Origin: a virus
Lineage: Duplodnaviria; Caudoviricetes
DNA: 64,000 bases
Strand: one strand, 5' to 3'
IMG/VR virus record: IMGVR_UViG_3300042523_000723
Coordinates: 1-64,000 of that record
Positions 18,611 to 28,936 of this stretch are shown one piece after another. Position numbers and translations under genes: made by a program. The notes beneath the pieces are model-generated. The model saw nothing but the letters and a program-made list of their open reading frames with translations, did no database searches and was not told where the DNA came from. Position 1 is the stretch's first letter, and every line of letters starts with the position of its first letter.

Positions 18611-18931
18611 ATGGGAAGAATTGAAAAACAAAAGAGATTGATGATTGAACAATCGAACAGACGGTTGTTGAATGAACAGAATGAAAAATTAACTCAAGGT
18701 TATATTAACAAAATGACTAAATCTATACAAGGTTTAATACCGTATATGGTAAAATCTGGTGATGATATTGATGGTATAATAAAAAAATCTAAAGAAAAAG
18801 ATGGTTTACATTTTTTACCTTTTAATAAAGAATTAAATACACACATTATTGATCCGGATAAGATTTATTCCGGAGATGTTTTATTTTTTATGACCGACCA
18901 CACAAGTAGTATGGGTAAAATGGGGTCTTAA
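18611..18931 (+). CDS. hypothetical protein with MGRIEKQKRL leader, possible LysM-like segment
   Basis: Leader ends RLLNE; YMVKSGDDIDGI...LNTHIIDPDKIYSGDVL resembles LysM. Confidence 0.6.
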   Translation: MGRIEKQKRLMIEQSNRRLLNEQNEKLTQGYINKMTKSIQGLIPYMVKSGDDIDGIIKKSKEKDGLHFLPFNKELNTHIIDPDKIYSGDVLFFMTDHTSSMGKMGS

Positions 18932-19110
18932 ATATTTTTTTTATTGCCCACACATTGAAACTCTGGATTATCTGTCCAGAGTTTTTTGTTTGTACCGGTA
19001 ATTAACATGTGACAATTATGTTTCTTTCCCCATTTTTTAGAATGGTTAACTATTGAGTCATTGTTTTTGTTTCTAACAATCCAAGGACATTCTTTACAAC
19101 ATTTCTCCAT
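18928..19110 (-). CDS. small Cys/His-rich protein
   Basis: CCKECPW...HNCHM...QCVG. Confidence 0.6.
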   Translation of the reverse strand: MEKCCKECPWIVRNKNNDSIVNHSKKWGKKHNCHMLITGTNKKLWTDNPEFQCVGNKKNI

Positions 19111-19120
19111 CAGATTTTTT

Positions 19121-19411
19121 TTAATCTACAACACCATTACTATAGAACATATTAAACTTAGTACTTTCATCTAAAGATTTGTACCAATTTATATATTCAG
19201 TGTGTAATGTTTCATCTTCAAATTCACAATGACTTCCGTTACAATATCTTAGACTATTATTCTCCTTATCAAACCTTTTGAATATCTCTTCTTTATCCCC
19301 TTCCCAAGTTTCTATATTAGTAATAACAGACTTTGTATCTAAATATCTAAAACCCGTCTCTGTTACAACGGTTTCATTTTTTGGTGACCAACGTTCAATT
19401 TTTACTACCAT
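19121..19411 (-). CDS. hypothetical protein
   Basis: 96-aa ORF with TAAATTTG promoter-like motif upstream. Confidence 0.6.
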   Translation of the reverse strand: MVVKIERWSPKNETVVTETGFRYLDTKSVITNIETWEGDKEEIFKRFDKENNSLRYCNGSHCEFEDETLHTEYINWYKSLDESTKFNMFYSNGVVD

Positions 19412-19521
19412 ATATTTTAACTATTTTGATATTACAAATTTACAAAAAATATATTAATTATACAAATGATAATTACTTTTTTGTGGGTTACGTATATTTA
19501 TATTATAAAAAGGGTATTATT

Positions 19522-20805
19522 ATGAAACGGAATTTAACTGAAGAAATATATAGAATGAGAAAACTAATGGGTTATGACTCTAAATCGGATAGAGAAAACA
19601 TTACATCATTAGATAGATTAACAGAAGAAAAGATAGTCAAAAAATATTTTCTTAATGAACAAACGGAGGAATATGAAAAAGTAACACAGTTCAACGCAGG
19701 AATTAGAAACGCAAAAGATATTCAACGACAATTCGGAAATAATATTTTTTATAAGTCTTTAGGCGAACCACAACCATTAAAGGTTGACCCACCTAAAGTT
19801 GAGGCATTATATAAGGATAATATGGTTACTATTGACGGCGCCACAAATTCCGAACAATTAAAGGAACAGTTAGACATAGTTATTCAGAATTTACTCGATA
19901 CCTCAGGGTTTGACGCTAAAAATGTGGTAATGTCTATTCAAGGCGCTGCAAATGATAAAGCACCTACTGAGACTGGTCCTGGTGGGATAAAATTGGATCA
20001 CCCAGACTCACGACCATTTGGTGGTATAGATATCACTAAAAGTGAGAATTATGATGCAGGAAACCAATACTTAGCGGAGAAGAGAGCTGAGTCAGTTGCC
20101 AAATATATTCAAGAAAAGATTCCGGGTATTACAATCAAAACAAGTGGTAAAGTAATGCCAGGAAAAACTGAGGAAGAGAAATTCATCCTCTTAAACGCAA
20201 AATATAAAGATGAAGCTCAATATCCTATAGAACAGGGTAAACCAAAAATAGAGTTTATTAATAATTTAGAAGTTAAATTGGCTAAAGACTTTGGTGTAGA
20301 GGGTGGTAGTATAACGCAAGACCCTACTCAAACATATTATCAAGGGAATAGAACAATTAAATTAACACCCGCCGGTGGTACAGAACCAATAGTACTTAGT
20401 TACTTTTGGGATGGCAGTACGGGTCAGAATCCTATTTCTGCCGGAGGTGTTCAAGGTGGTGTTGGTGGTGCTGAATTTAGACAAGGAGCATGGACAGACA
20501 ACCCAACTGGGGCTTTTGAGACACAGGCTTTTAAAAACGTTAGTAGTAATGCCCACAGTAAAATTGTGACAGCTTTAACCACAAGTGGATATTTAAATAA
20601 CCGTCAGGAAGGTGAAGATATTTTAACAATAATTATGGATGGTACAAAATTATCAGACGTTAGTGAAATTAACGATTTTGAGACATTCATTAGTAAGTTG
20701 GGTGTTGGCAATTCAAACTTCGATAGAGACTTAGCGGTTGATAATGGTGCATTTATGATCAATTATATAACCAAAATAGTAAGTGGTGGTAAGAAAAAGT
20801 CATAA
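19522..20805 (+). CDS. leader-bearing protein with OmpA-C-like peptidoglycan-binding motif
   Basis: Start ATG 19522 (MKRNLTEEIYRMRKLMG...FLNEQ); IQGAAN...NQYLAEKRAESVAKYI. Confidence 0.6.
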   Translation: MKRNLTEEIYRMRKLMGYDSKSDRENITSLDRLTEEKIVKKYFLNEQTEEYEKVTQFNAGIRNAKDIQRQFGNNIFYKSLGEPQPLKVDPPKVEALYKDNMVTIDGATNSEQLKEQLDIVIQNLLDTSGFDAKNVVMSIQGAANDKAPTETGPGGIKLDHPDSRPFGGIDITKSENYDAGNQYLAEKRAESVAKYIQEKIPGITIKTSGKVMPGKTEEEKFILLNAKYKDEAQYPIEQGKPKIEFINNLEVKLAKDFGVEGGSITQDPTQTYYQGNRTIKLTPAGGTEPIVLSYFWDGSTGQNPISAGGVQGGVGGAEFRQGAWTDNPTGAFETQAFKNVSSNAHSKIVTALTTSGYLNNRQEGEDILTIIMDGTKLSDVSEINDFETFISKLGVGNSNFDRDLAVDNGAFMINYITKIVSGGKKKS

Positions 20806-20815
20806 AAAAAAGGGG

Positions 20816-21424
20816 TTATTTAACCCCTTTTTCTATTTTATATTCATCAGTATATTTACCCACGATAACTGTTATGTACATTCCAGATGATATCGGATTT
20901 TCTCTATAGTCGTGTAAGAAATCAATCACAACATAAATACAATCCCAATTAGAGTTCGTTAAATCATTCCAATGATCTGTTGAATTACTAAAAAGTTTAA
21001 TAAAATGATCACTACATGAATTGAATGTTGCTGGATTATATGCCTGTGATATACTAATAACCCCAGTACCAATGTCTTCACTCAAATCTTCAATTTTAGT
21101 TCTATCAAGTAATCTTAATCTAGATATATGTGAAGGGTATTCTACCATACCTTCTACATCATCATCTTCCCAATGAGTTAATTTACCCAATTTTCTCATA
21201 TAAAGGGCGTGGTGATCACCCGCCGGTGCCAATAAAGTATCAAACGCCAATGGTTTTTTACCCAACTTAACTCTTTCTTTATTCAATTTTTCAATGAATA
21301 ATTGTTCACAATAAGAAGAAGACTTCTCACTTAAGTCTGGGATATAGTCAGTTGGTTTCTGAGAAATTCCATTGATAGACAAAAGAAGTGTAAGTGTTGC
21401 GATAATTAAATTTAAAGATTTCAT
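20816..21424 (-). CDS. secreted CAP/SCP-domain protein
   Basis: Signal peptide MKSLNLIIATLTLLLSING; LNKERVKLG...L...DHHALYM...LTH...S.DHWNDL. Confidence 0.7.
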   Translation of the reverse strand: MKSLNLIIATLTLLLSINGISQKPTDYIPDLSEKSSSYCEQLFIEKLNKERVKLGKKPLAFDTLLAPAGDHHALYMRKLGKLTHWEDDDVEGMVEYPSHISRLRLLDRTKIEDLSEDIGTGVISISQAYNPATFNSCSDHFIKLFSNSTDHWNDLTNSNWDCIYVVIDFLHDYRENPISSGMYITVIVGKYTDEYKIEKGVK

Positions 21425-21544
21425 AATTTATTTAGTTTTATTAATACGAATATAAGACAAAAAAATTAAACTGCCAAATTTTTTTACAAAAAAATAATTT
21501 TTTTTCTATCATATAATCATATTTATATAAATAAAGTGTTAAAC

Positions 21545-22825
21545 ATGAAGAATAAAATACAATCATTAAACGAACAGAGAGAAAGGATGAAGACACTCTA
21601 TGAGTTTAATTTTAATTACGATAAAAAGTTATTGAATGAGGATGAAAATGAGAGAGAAACTTTTAAGTTTAAAGAAACCTTTCCCGATAATTTAGCGTAC
21701 CCTATAAAACCAGGGGTTACATTCAATACGATAAACGATATAAAATTAAATGAGTTAACGCCTGAGTTTTATGACTTCATAACTAAACTTAATCTATCAA
21801 TTAGTAAAGGGGCTAAAATAGACAACGTTCAAATACAAAGTGGTGCATCATCTGAGGGTGCCACCAATCAAATACCGACAGGATATTCACAAGAGTTAGT
21901 CAATAAATCTTATTATGATAATGGTAAGGTTACTTATGATAATAAAGTTATTGCCTTAAATAGAGGAAAGGCAATTAAAGGATTAATCGAAAAATTCGTA
22001 ACACCACTTAAAGGTAAAATAAGTGACCCTAACCCTAATCTAAACGAAAAAGAAGTTAGAGTTACCATACCATCTGGTGTTTTATTTAACTTTAAAGAAA
22101 ACCCTAAATTCAGTAGAGAATATAGAACACCTACTAAACAGTTTAGTGACGCTTCCGTAATAAAAGTTAATAAATGTGAGACACCGATTAAGGCGTCTGG
22201 TAGTGCAGGTATTCTACCTAATTATTTGGCAGATAGAATTGTCATTGATTTTGATGTGAATTACGCAGGTGAAATAATATTCAAGGGAGACTCATATGTT
22301 ATACCTGACAGATTTGTCATTAAAAGAAATAAGTTAGGTGGTAAAGAAGATTTAATCAAAGATAGTGGTTACATTACTTCTTTATCTTCAGGTGATCCAG
22401 ACTTTACATCTTTATCTAAACAAGTAAAAACAATTACCGGAATGGATTTACAAGGTGGAGTAAACGGTTTTACTCACACAATAAACAAAGAATCTGGTTA
22501 CAATTATTTTATTGATATCTACGCACCGTTTGGTGGGACTTATTGGACGGCAAATTTGGAATGTTCTACGCAACCAGAACTAAAGACCCCCACACCTAAA
22601 AGTGAATTCAAAGATGGTGAGGGTCAAATATACTATGTTGATTTAAAGACTGGTAAACATTCAGATAAAAAAGAAGGTAATTTTCAAGAACTATCTCATG
22701 AAGGAGATTTCAAAAACGGTAAATTTTTTAGTGGTAGAAAATACGTTTATGATAATGATGGTATCTTAGAAAAGATAGAAGTATGGGAAAATGGTAAATT
22801 CGCTAGATTAGGGACAATAGAATAA
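21545..22825 (+). CDS. leader-bearing protein, probable paralog of 19522 (OmpA-C-like motif)
   Basis: MKNKIQSLNEQRERMKTLY...LLNE; IQSGASS...NKVIALNRGKAIK. Confidence 0.55.
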   Translation: MKNKIQSLNEQRERMKTLYEFNFNYDKKLLNEDENERETFKFKETFPDNLAYPIKPGVTFNTINDIKLNELTPEFYDFITKLNLSISKGAKIDNVQIQSGASSEGATNQIPTGYSQELVNKSYYDNGKVTYDNKVIALNRGKAIKGLIEKFVTPLKGKISDPNPNLNEKEVRVTIPSGVLFNFKENPKFSREYRTPTKQFSDASVIKVNKCETPIKASGSAGILPNYLADRIVIDFDVNYAGEIIFKGDSYVIPDRFVIKRNKLGGKEDLIKDSGYITSLSSGDPDFTSLSKQVKTITGMDLQGGVNGFTHTINKESGYNYFIDIYAPFGGTYWTANLECSTQPELKTPTPKSEFKDGEGQIYYVDLKTGKHSDKKEGNFQELSHEGDFKNGKFFSGRKYVYDNDGILEKIEVWENGKFARLGTIE

Positions 22826-23057
22826 ATATAGGGAAACCTGATCCTCACCAATAAGACTAAAATGATTATTAAATTTTTCATAGTTATTTAATTTTTTATA
22901 ACAAATATAAAAAAATATTTCATATGGCAAAAAAAAATCCCACAAAAATGAGATTTTTTTTAAATAGTCAATATATTTATATATAATAAAATAAAGTTAT
23001 GGAGTACGAAGATGATTATGAATGGTATCCTGATCAAGGAATTTAAAAAAATATATT

Positions 23058-23498
23058 ATGAAAATTAAAAAGAACGGAGAAATAATAAATCTAAGTGAAT
23101 CAGATTTAAATAGAATTATAGAACATACTAAAAGATTAGACGAAGGACTAGGTAGAAGAATTATGTCTGGCTTTAAGGGTATTGGGGGTATGTTTAAAGG
23201 CACAGGATACGACTACACCAAATACGCTTACCAATTAAGTGGTGCAATAAACGAATTAAATGAGGAATTAGTAGAGACTAAGAAAGAGTTACAGAAGATA
23301 GTTGACAAATCTAATAGGTCTAAGATGACAAATGTTTCCTTCGATAGACTGAGTACACATATTGCAGATGCAATGGACGCTTATCAAATGGTTATCGATA
23401 CAAATGAAATTATTATAGAAGATTTAGATGCTTCAGTTTCAAGTGAAAGGGGGGGTGATAGACCCTCTAATAACCCCGGAAACCAATTTACACAATAA
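23058..23498 (+). CDS. coiled-coil protein with LSESDL leader
   Basis: IINLSESDLNRIIEHTKRLDEG. Confidence 0.7.
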   Translation: MKIKKNGEIINLSESDLNRIIEHTKRLDEGLGRRIMSGFKGIGGMFKGTGYDYTKYAYQLSGAINELNEELVETKKELQKIVDKSNRSKMTNVSFDRLSTHIADAMDAYQMVIDTNEIIIEDLDASVSSERGGDRPSNNPGNQFTQ

Positions 23499-23760
23499 TC
23501 TCATAATAAAAGTATAAATCATTACCGTCGATACCTACGTATAGTTGCGTGTGTTTTTTTTTGTCTAACCTCTCTTTTGTTATTTCACTATCCTCCATTT
23601 TAAATCTAACTATTTCACCATTAATTCCTTTTATCTTATCCCATCTAATTTTACTATCATTAGGAACATAAGTAATCGGACTTTTTTTTTCTTTAACTTC
23701 TACCCTTTTCTTAGGTGTGGTTTTTTCTAATGACTCAGATTTAACTTTTTTTCTACTCAT
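23488..23760 (-). CDS. hypothetical protein
   Basis: TATATTTG promoter-like motif directly upstream of the ATG. Confidence 0.6.
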   Translation of the reverse strand: MSRKKVKSESLEKTTPKKRVEVKEKKSPITYVPNDSKIRWDKIKGINGEIVRFKMEDSEITKERLDKKKHTQLYVGIDGNDLYFYYEIIV

Positions 23761-23826
23761 AATACAAATATATATACTTATTTAAAAAAAAACAATATTT
23801 ATATAAATAAATGTGACTATTAAACA

Positions 23827-25302
23827 ATGGAACAACAAGAATTTTTAGAAAAACTATTTAATACTTTAATCAAAAATCGTTTAAATTATAACCCCGTTAC
23901 TAATATAGAAATTAATATATGTGACATTAACTCTCATATCGGAAAATGGAATGTAAATAAGGTACAACTTAAAAAGGACAGTTATCTGGGTACGGAGGTT
24001 AGAAAATGTTTAAGAAATTTATACGGTGTTACTGAAGATGAATCCGATACTTTGTGGGATATGATTAGAATCCATTTAAAGAAATTAATATTTGTGGAAA
24101 ATGCGTATGAGGTTTTATATGATGATTATGTACAATATGAATCTGATCCTTATCGTATAAACGGTTACAAATTGAAAGATCTTAATGATTTTATTGATTT
24201 TATGGGTGAGATTTGGTACGGAGATTTTAAAAGTGATGTATACGGTGATGAAAAAATTAATTTCTTAGATATGTTGGATAAGAGTGAGTACGAATACATC
24301 CAAAGTGAGTTATTCGACTTAATAGAGTCTTCTTGGGAACCAAATGATGAATATAGAAGTATTAATGAAGATATTGAAAGGTATGATGAGGAGGAGAAAG
24401 AGTTTAACCCCCTTAATGATGATTTAGCAACAAAAGTACAATACGAAAAAGTTTTTAAGGCATTCGATAGTAATCCCGATAAAATATTTGACTTATTAAA
24501 AGTTTTTGATTTTCAAAATAATGAACAAGGTGAAAAATATGAAAAAGAATATAATTTTATCTATAAGTATTTAACAGAATATAATAATAGAACACCAAAA
24601 TACATAAGAATAGTTTTCGATGCAGATGATTTATCAGGTATGTTTGTAGATGATAGGGATTATGACATACAAGATATGGTTAAAAACTATCTAAGTGGTG
24701 ATTGGGATTATGATACTACTTGGGAATGTATGGATTTTGATTCTTGGTTGTTTGATAAAATAGATGAATCTAATATTAAAACACTTAAAGAACATTATTT
24801 AAAAGATTTAGAAGGTGAAGAATCAGAAGAAGACTTTAAGGAGTTTGTTGAAAATGAGTTTGGTAGTGATATTGGTTGCGCCGCCAGTGACGCACAATAC
24901 AGCGCAGATATAGATTACTTACATTCTGATTTTGAAAATGGTATTGAGGATTATTTAAGTGGTTTTGGTGGTAAATTACAAAATAAAGTGAATAGTGATG
25001 GTAATCTTAATATGGGATTAGAATATGTCGCAGATTTAGAAATTGGAGAACTCACACAATCTCCTTTCTTTCAAGAGTCTCTTTTAGGTATTTTAGAAGA
25101 TGATTATCCTGATAGTTTTTACGATATTTATAATAATATCATTGAATCAGAAAAGGAGGGTTACAGTTCAGAGTATAATTATTTTTTACCTGAAGATAAA
25201 ATTAGTATTAATACAGATAAACATTTTAGATATGGTGGTGCGGGAAATATAGAATGGAATTATTTTAATGAAATATTATCAGACAAACTATCTTATTATT
25301 AA
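23827..25302 (+). CDS. acidic hypothetical protein (related to 43344..44414)
   Basis: 491-aa D/E/Y-rich ORF with an internal SINE junction. Confidence 0.75.
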   Translation: MEQQEFLEKLFNTLIKNRLNYNPVTNIEINICDINSHIGKWNVNKVQLKKDSYLGTEVRKCLRNLYGVTEDESDTLWDMIRIHLKKLIFVENAYEVLYDDYVQYESDPYRINGYKLKDLNDFIDFMGEIWYGDFKSDVYGDEKINFLDMLDKSEYEYIQSELFDLIESSWEPNDEYRSINEDIERYDEEEKEFNPLNDDLATKVQYEKVFKAFDSNPDKIFDLLKVFDFQNNEQGEKYEKEYNFIYKYLTEYNNRTPKYIRIVFDADDLSGMFVDDRDYDIQDMVKNYLSGDWDYDTTWECMDFDSWLFDKIDESNIKTLKEHYLKDLEGEESEEDFKEFVENEFGSDIGCAASDAQYSADIDYLHSDFENGIEDYLSGFGGKLQNKVNSDGNLNMGLEYVADLEIGELTQSPFFQESLLGILEDDYPDSFYDIYNNIIESEKEGYSSEYNYFLPEDKISINTDKHFRYGGAGNIEWNYFNEILSDKLSYY

Positions 25303-25353
25303 TAAAATTTTATTATATTTGTATCATACGAGAACTAAAGTTAAAAAAATAAT

Positions 25354-25806
25354 ATGAATTCAAGACAAAAATTTATATCCACATTAATAGACTTCCTGAA
25401 TAAAAGGTATGGTAAAATGTCCAACCCAAATAAAGACTTTAATCTTTTTAGTAATGTATTGGGGTACGCAACGGAAAAGGTTAGACCAGAATTAGTTAAT
25501 ATATACGATATAGAGTATCGTTCTGACTTATATTATGAGATTATTAATAAATTTGTTAGGGATAACTATGGTGACGGTAATAATGCATTACCTGGAGACA
25601 GAATACGTTTAATTAACATGCCTGATGATCCTAACCCAATAGAACCTAACACTACAGGTACTGTTACATCAATAGATACAATTAATATGTTCGATGAAGA
25701 TCTTTTAAACGTTGATTGGGATAACGGTAGAATTTTAAATTTGATTGTGGGTATTGATGAATTTGAGGTTATTGATAAAGATGAACAAAATAATTTTAAA
25801 CAATGA
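25354..25806 (+). CDS. DUF4314-like domain protein
   Basis: GDRIRLINMPDDPNPIEPNTTGTV...VDWDNGRILNLIVGIDEF. Confidence 0.7.
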   Translation: MNSRQKFISTLIDFLNKRYGKMSNPNKDFNLFSNVLGYATEKVRPELVNIYDIEYRSDLYYEIINKFVRDNYGDGNNALPGDRIRLINMPDDPNPIEPNTTGTVTSIDTINMFDEDLLNVDWDNGRILNLIVGIDEFEVIDKDEQNNFKQ

Positions 25807-26825
25807 AAGATTTAATTAGGAAAATATTAAAAGAGGAGTTTACACACCCGAACCATCAAAAGTTTTTAGATGGTGTGGTTAATTCTTTATTAGAAACTAT
25901 ATATATTTCACCGTCAAATAACATGACTTCGTTTGGATCTGTTAGTGAGATGGAAGATATTGGTGTTTTTGATATCGATCTCGAAAGAATAAGACATGAA
26001 GATAAATATATAAAACAATTAGGGTGGGACTATCATTATGATCCTGAAGACGTATATGATGAAGGATATTATTTCAGAATAAATAACCCAAAACAACAAT
26101 ATAATTCAGATGAATTTTATTATGAAATTGTTTATGATTGGTTAGATACTTTGGTGGAAAAGGGGGTATTGGATTATAATGAAGATTTCGGAGATGCGGG
26201 TGAATGGGTTTTATTGGAAGATGATATTTTACTAAAAAGTAAATTGTTTATTTTTAATTGTACTGTATGGAGAACGTTATTAAAAGATGGATATGAATTA
26301 TTTGGGTGTGAGAGTTCCGCTAACCGAATCTCAATTATGGGAAAACTTAATAGTGTTTACGACATTGATGACTCTTTTTCTATGGATTATGTAGTAAACG
26401 AATTTTTCAGAAAATTACCATATAAGTTAAAAGATATGGGTATTAAAATGATTATACCTTCAGATAATGAAACACTGAATGAAAGTATAGTTGGTGATTT
26501 TATTGAATTCGGAAAAAGGGAATTATCATTAGGTGATGGATTTAGAGTTAATTTAACTGATAATGGTGATGACATTGAGACATTGGCGAATTATGATATG
26601 ATAGATGGTGAGATTAATGTCCTAACAAGAGATAGGGCAACTCCAGATATAATTAGATCCATTGCACATGAAATGGTACATCATAAACAAAATGAAAGAG
26701 GTGATTTAAGAGGTAATCCTGATGAGGGTGAAGATGGGTCACCTTGGGAAGATGAGGCGAACGCAAAGGCGGGTGAGTTACTTAGGGTTTTTGGGAAACA
26801 ATATCCTGAGATTTATGATATATAA
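25803..26825 (+). CDS. leader-bearing protein with C-terminal HExxH zinc metallopeptidase domain
   Basis: MKDLIRKILKEE leader; internal TLNES before RSIAHEMVHHKQ...PWEDEAN. Confidence 0.75.
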   Translation: MKDLIRKILKEEFTHPNHQKFLDGVVNSLLETIYISPSNNMTSFGSVSEMEDIGVFDIDLERIRHEDKYIKQLGWDYHYDPEDVYDEGYYFRINNPKQQYNSDEFYYEIVYDWLDTLVEKGVLDYNEDFGDAGEWVLLEDDILLKSKLFIFNCTVWRTLLKDGYELFGCESSANRISIMGKLNSVYDIDDSFSMDYVVNEFFRKLPYKLKDMGIKMIIPSDNETLNESIVGDFIEFGKRELSLGDGFRVNLTDNGDDIETLANYDMIDGEINVLTRDRATPDIIRSIAHEMVHHKQNERGDLRGNPDEGEDGSPWEDEANAKAGELLRVFGKQYPEIYDI

Positions 26826-27214
26826 ACTTTATCCCCAATAGAGATATTATTTGATTTACTGAAACCATCATTTACTTCTAAATTACCATTTGATTCTACG
26901 GAAGAGTATATTGTTGTTTCATCTTGCGCTTTCGCCCTTTTAATGTCAACAATCTGATTATTATTTATGAAAATCATCTCAATTGGGAAATTAACATTTT
27001 TCATCCAAAACCCACCATCAACATAATCGTAAAACATTCCACAATTATCACAAAGATTATCTCTATACATTAAACCTGTCATTTTCTCTTCGTCTGTAGT
27101 TGGAACTTCACAATTTACTACGATTTCTTCACCATCAGAGTTTGTTATTGTCAAAACACAACTTTCTTTAAATGGTACCGATACAGTTTCTAATAATAAA
27201 TCCAATAGTTTCAT
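26813..27214 (-). CDS. DUF192 family protein
   Basis: GLMYRDNL...GMFY...FWMKNVNFPIEMIFI...LEVN; leader-like MKLLDLLLE. Confidence 0.85.
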   Translation of the reverse strand: MKLLDLLLETVSVPFKESCVLTITNSDGEEIVVNCEVPTTDEEKMTGLMYRDNLCDNCGMFYDYVDGGFWMKNVNFPIEMIFINNNQIVDIKRAKAQDETTIYSSVESNGNLEVNDGFSKSNNISIGDKVYIS

Positions 27215-27275
27215 AATAATAAATATTGACTTTTTAATAAAAGATAGTTATACTTATAATATAAAAATTTTAATT

Positions 27276-27461
27276 ATGCCAAAAAGTAGACATAGAAAAA
27301 ATCAAAAACAAAAATCTAAGGCTAGGACAGAAAGAATTGAATCTGATCAAAGAAGAGTACAAAAAATATTTCAAAAAGAGTTTATGAAAGAGATAGAAAA
27401 ACTCAAAGATAGACAACTTGATATCGAAGAAGTAGAAGTAATAGAAGAAACTGATAACTAA
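27276..27461 (+). CDS. small basic/acidic hypothetical protein
   Basis: MPKSRHRKNQKQK..., TTGACT-type promoter upstream. Confidence 0.6.
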   Translation: MPKSRHRKNQKQKSKARTERIESDQRRVQKIFQKEFMKEIEKLKDRQLDIEEVEVIEETDN

Positions 27462-27606
27462 TATCAGTTTTTTTATAATATACACCCGAAAAACCCATCC
27501 ATTTTTAGTATTTGGGTAGATTGAGTAGAATGATTTGAACGGTAGATAATAGATATGTAATCGTTTGGGTCTAAATTAAATAACATTTTAAAAAAATTAA
27601 AGAAAA

Positions 27607-27801
27607 ATGAATAACGAACAAAAAGGACAACTTTATCATTCATTATTGTTACAACATGATAAATTAGATGGACAAATTGCAGATATTAAATCTGAATCTG
27701 CTGGTATGGAACTTAACGAAACTCAAAAAGCGAAGTTAGATTTGTTAGAACAACAAAAAAATGATTTAGTTAGGAAGGCAATTAGTTTAATGAACAGTTA
27801 A
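27607..27801 (+). CDS. small coiled-coil protein
   Basis: 64-aa ORF followed by a hairpin at ~27847-27876. Confidence 0.6.
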   Translation: MNNEQKGQLYHSLLLQHDKLDGQIADIKSESAGMELNETQKAKLDLLEQQKNDLVRKAISLMNS

Positions 27802-27895
27802 TTTATTTACTTTTTTAACCTTATTAGTACGAGTATAGATGACATTCCCCCAACCCCTAAAGAGGGTTGGGGGTTTTCGATTTATAGTAAAAACG

Positions 27896-28309
27896 TTAAT
27901 ATTTTTTTGATTTTTTTAACATTTCTTTTAAAATATGAGGTTTTACCTTATAACCTTTATCGATATTCTCTTTGTAATGAAGGAATTGTAAATTTTTAAT
28001 ATTACCAATCAATTCTGGTGAAATATTATTATGATACCCAACTGAAATGCTACAAATATGATCTAAATGATAGTTTTTCCACCCTCTTTTGTCAGAATTC
28101 TCTAAATTATAGTATGGTTGTAGTTCCGTAACCTCCCAAACCATCGCATAATACAATTTTTTTTCTAAATCCTTAATATTTTTGATTTTTTGTTTGATTT
28201 TTGGGTATTTTTTTGTAATTTTACGTATTTGATACCTAATTTTATCTTTAATTTTTTCAGATGAAGACTTTCTTCGGTATTTTTTATTATATTTTAATGG
28301 TTTTTTCAT
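27896..28309 (-). CDS. HNH-like nuclease
   Basis: YHLDHICSISVG...IGNIKNLQFLHYKENIDK. Confidence 0.6.
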   Translation of the reverse strand: MKKPLKYNKKYRRKSSSEKIKDKIRYQIRKITKKYPKIKQKIKNIKDLEKKLYYAMVWEVTELQPYYNLENSDKRGWKNYHLDHICSISVGYHNNISPELIGNIKNLQFLHYKENIDKGYKVKPHILKEMLKKSKKY

Positions 28310-28340
28310 ATATTTATTATAAAATAATATATTTATAAAT

Positions 28341-28892
28341 ATGAAAATTATAATTACTGAAAATCAATTAAAAAGATTAATAATTGAAAGTGACAATAGA
28401 AGTGATGGCACTAAATTAATCGCCAGTCAAAATTTTTGGGATTGGTTAAGGTGGCATGAGGGTAGTCCAACCAAAAAAGGAGATCCGTTATTAAAGGCAT
28501 ACAAAGATACCGTAGGCGTTTGGACTATTGGTTATGGACATACAGGTGAAGAAGCGTATGAGGGTAACGTAATATCTAAAAGTAAGGCAAATGATCTATT
28601 TATTAAGGACGTGAATGAGGCCGCAAAATGTGTAAAAACATTTTTAAATTCTTGGAAGGAAACAAATCATGAGGGATATAAACTTAAACTGAATGAATAT
28701 GAGGCACTCATTTCATTAGTTATTAATAGTGGGTGTGAGGGAGTGAGAACATCTGATTTCATTCAAAAACTTAAAAAAGGTAACTATGATGATGCAGCAG
28801 AACTAATTAAAACCTATAGATCAAAAGGATTAAAAAATAGGCGTAATGTAGAATATGAATTATTCAAAAACTCACAATACATTAAGGATTGA
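28341..28892 (+). CDS. GH24 (T4-type) lysozyme with MKIIITENQL leader
   Basis: HEG...AYKDTVGVWTIGYGH catalytic region, ALISLVINSG, GLKNRRNVE. Confidence 0.9.
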   Translation: MKIIITENQLKRLIIESDNRSDGTKLIASQNFWDWLRWHEGSPTKKGDPLLKAYKDTVGVWTIGYGHTGEEAYEGNVISKSKANDLFIKDVNEAAKCVKTFLNSWKETNHEGYKLKLNEYEALISLVINSGCEGVRTSDFIQKLKKGNYDDAAELIKTYRSKGLKNRRNVEYELFKNSQYIKD

Positions 28893-28936
28893 ATTTTTTA
28901 TTAAAAACAATATATTTATATAATAAAAACTAAATT

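Noticed and set aside
27484-27572. Riboswitch-like leader upstream of 27607
   Set aside because: Only weak pairing (ccc/ggg, aacg/cgtt) and no recognisable aptamer consensus
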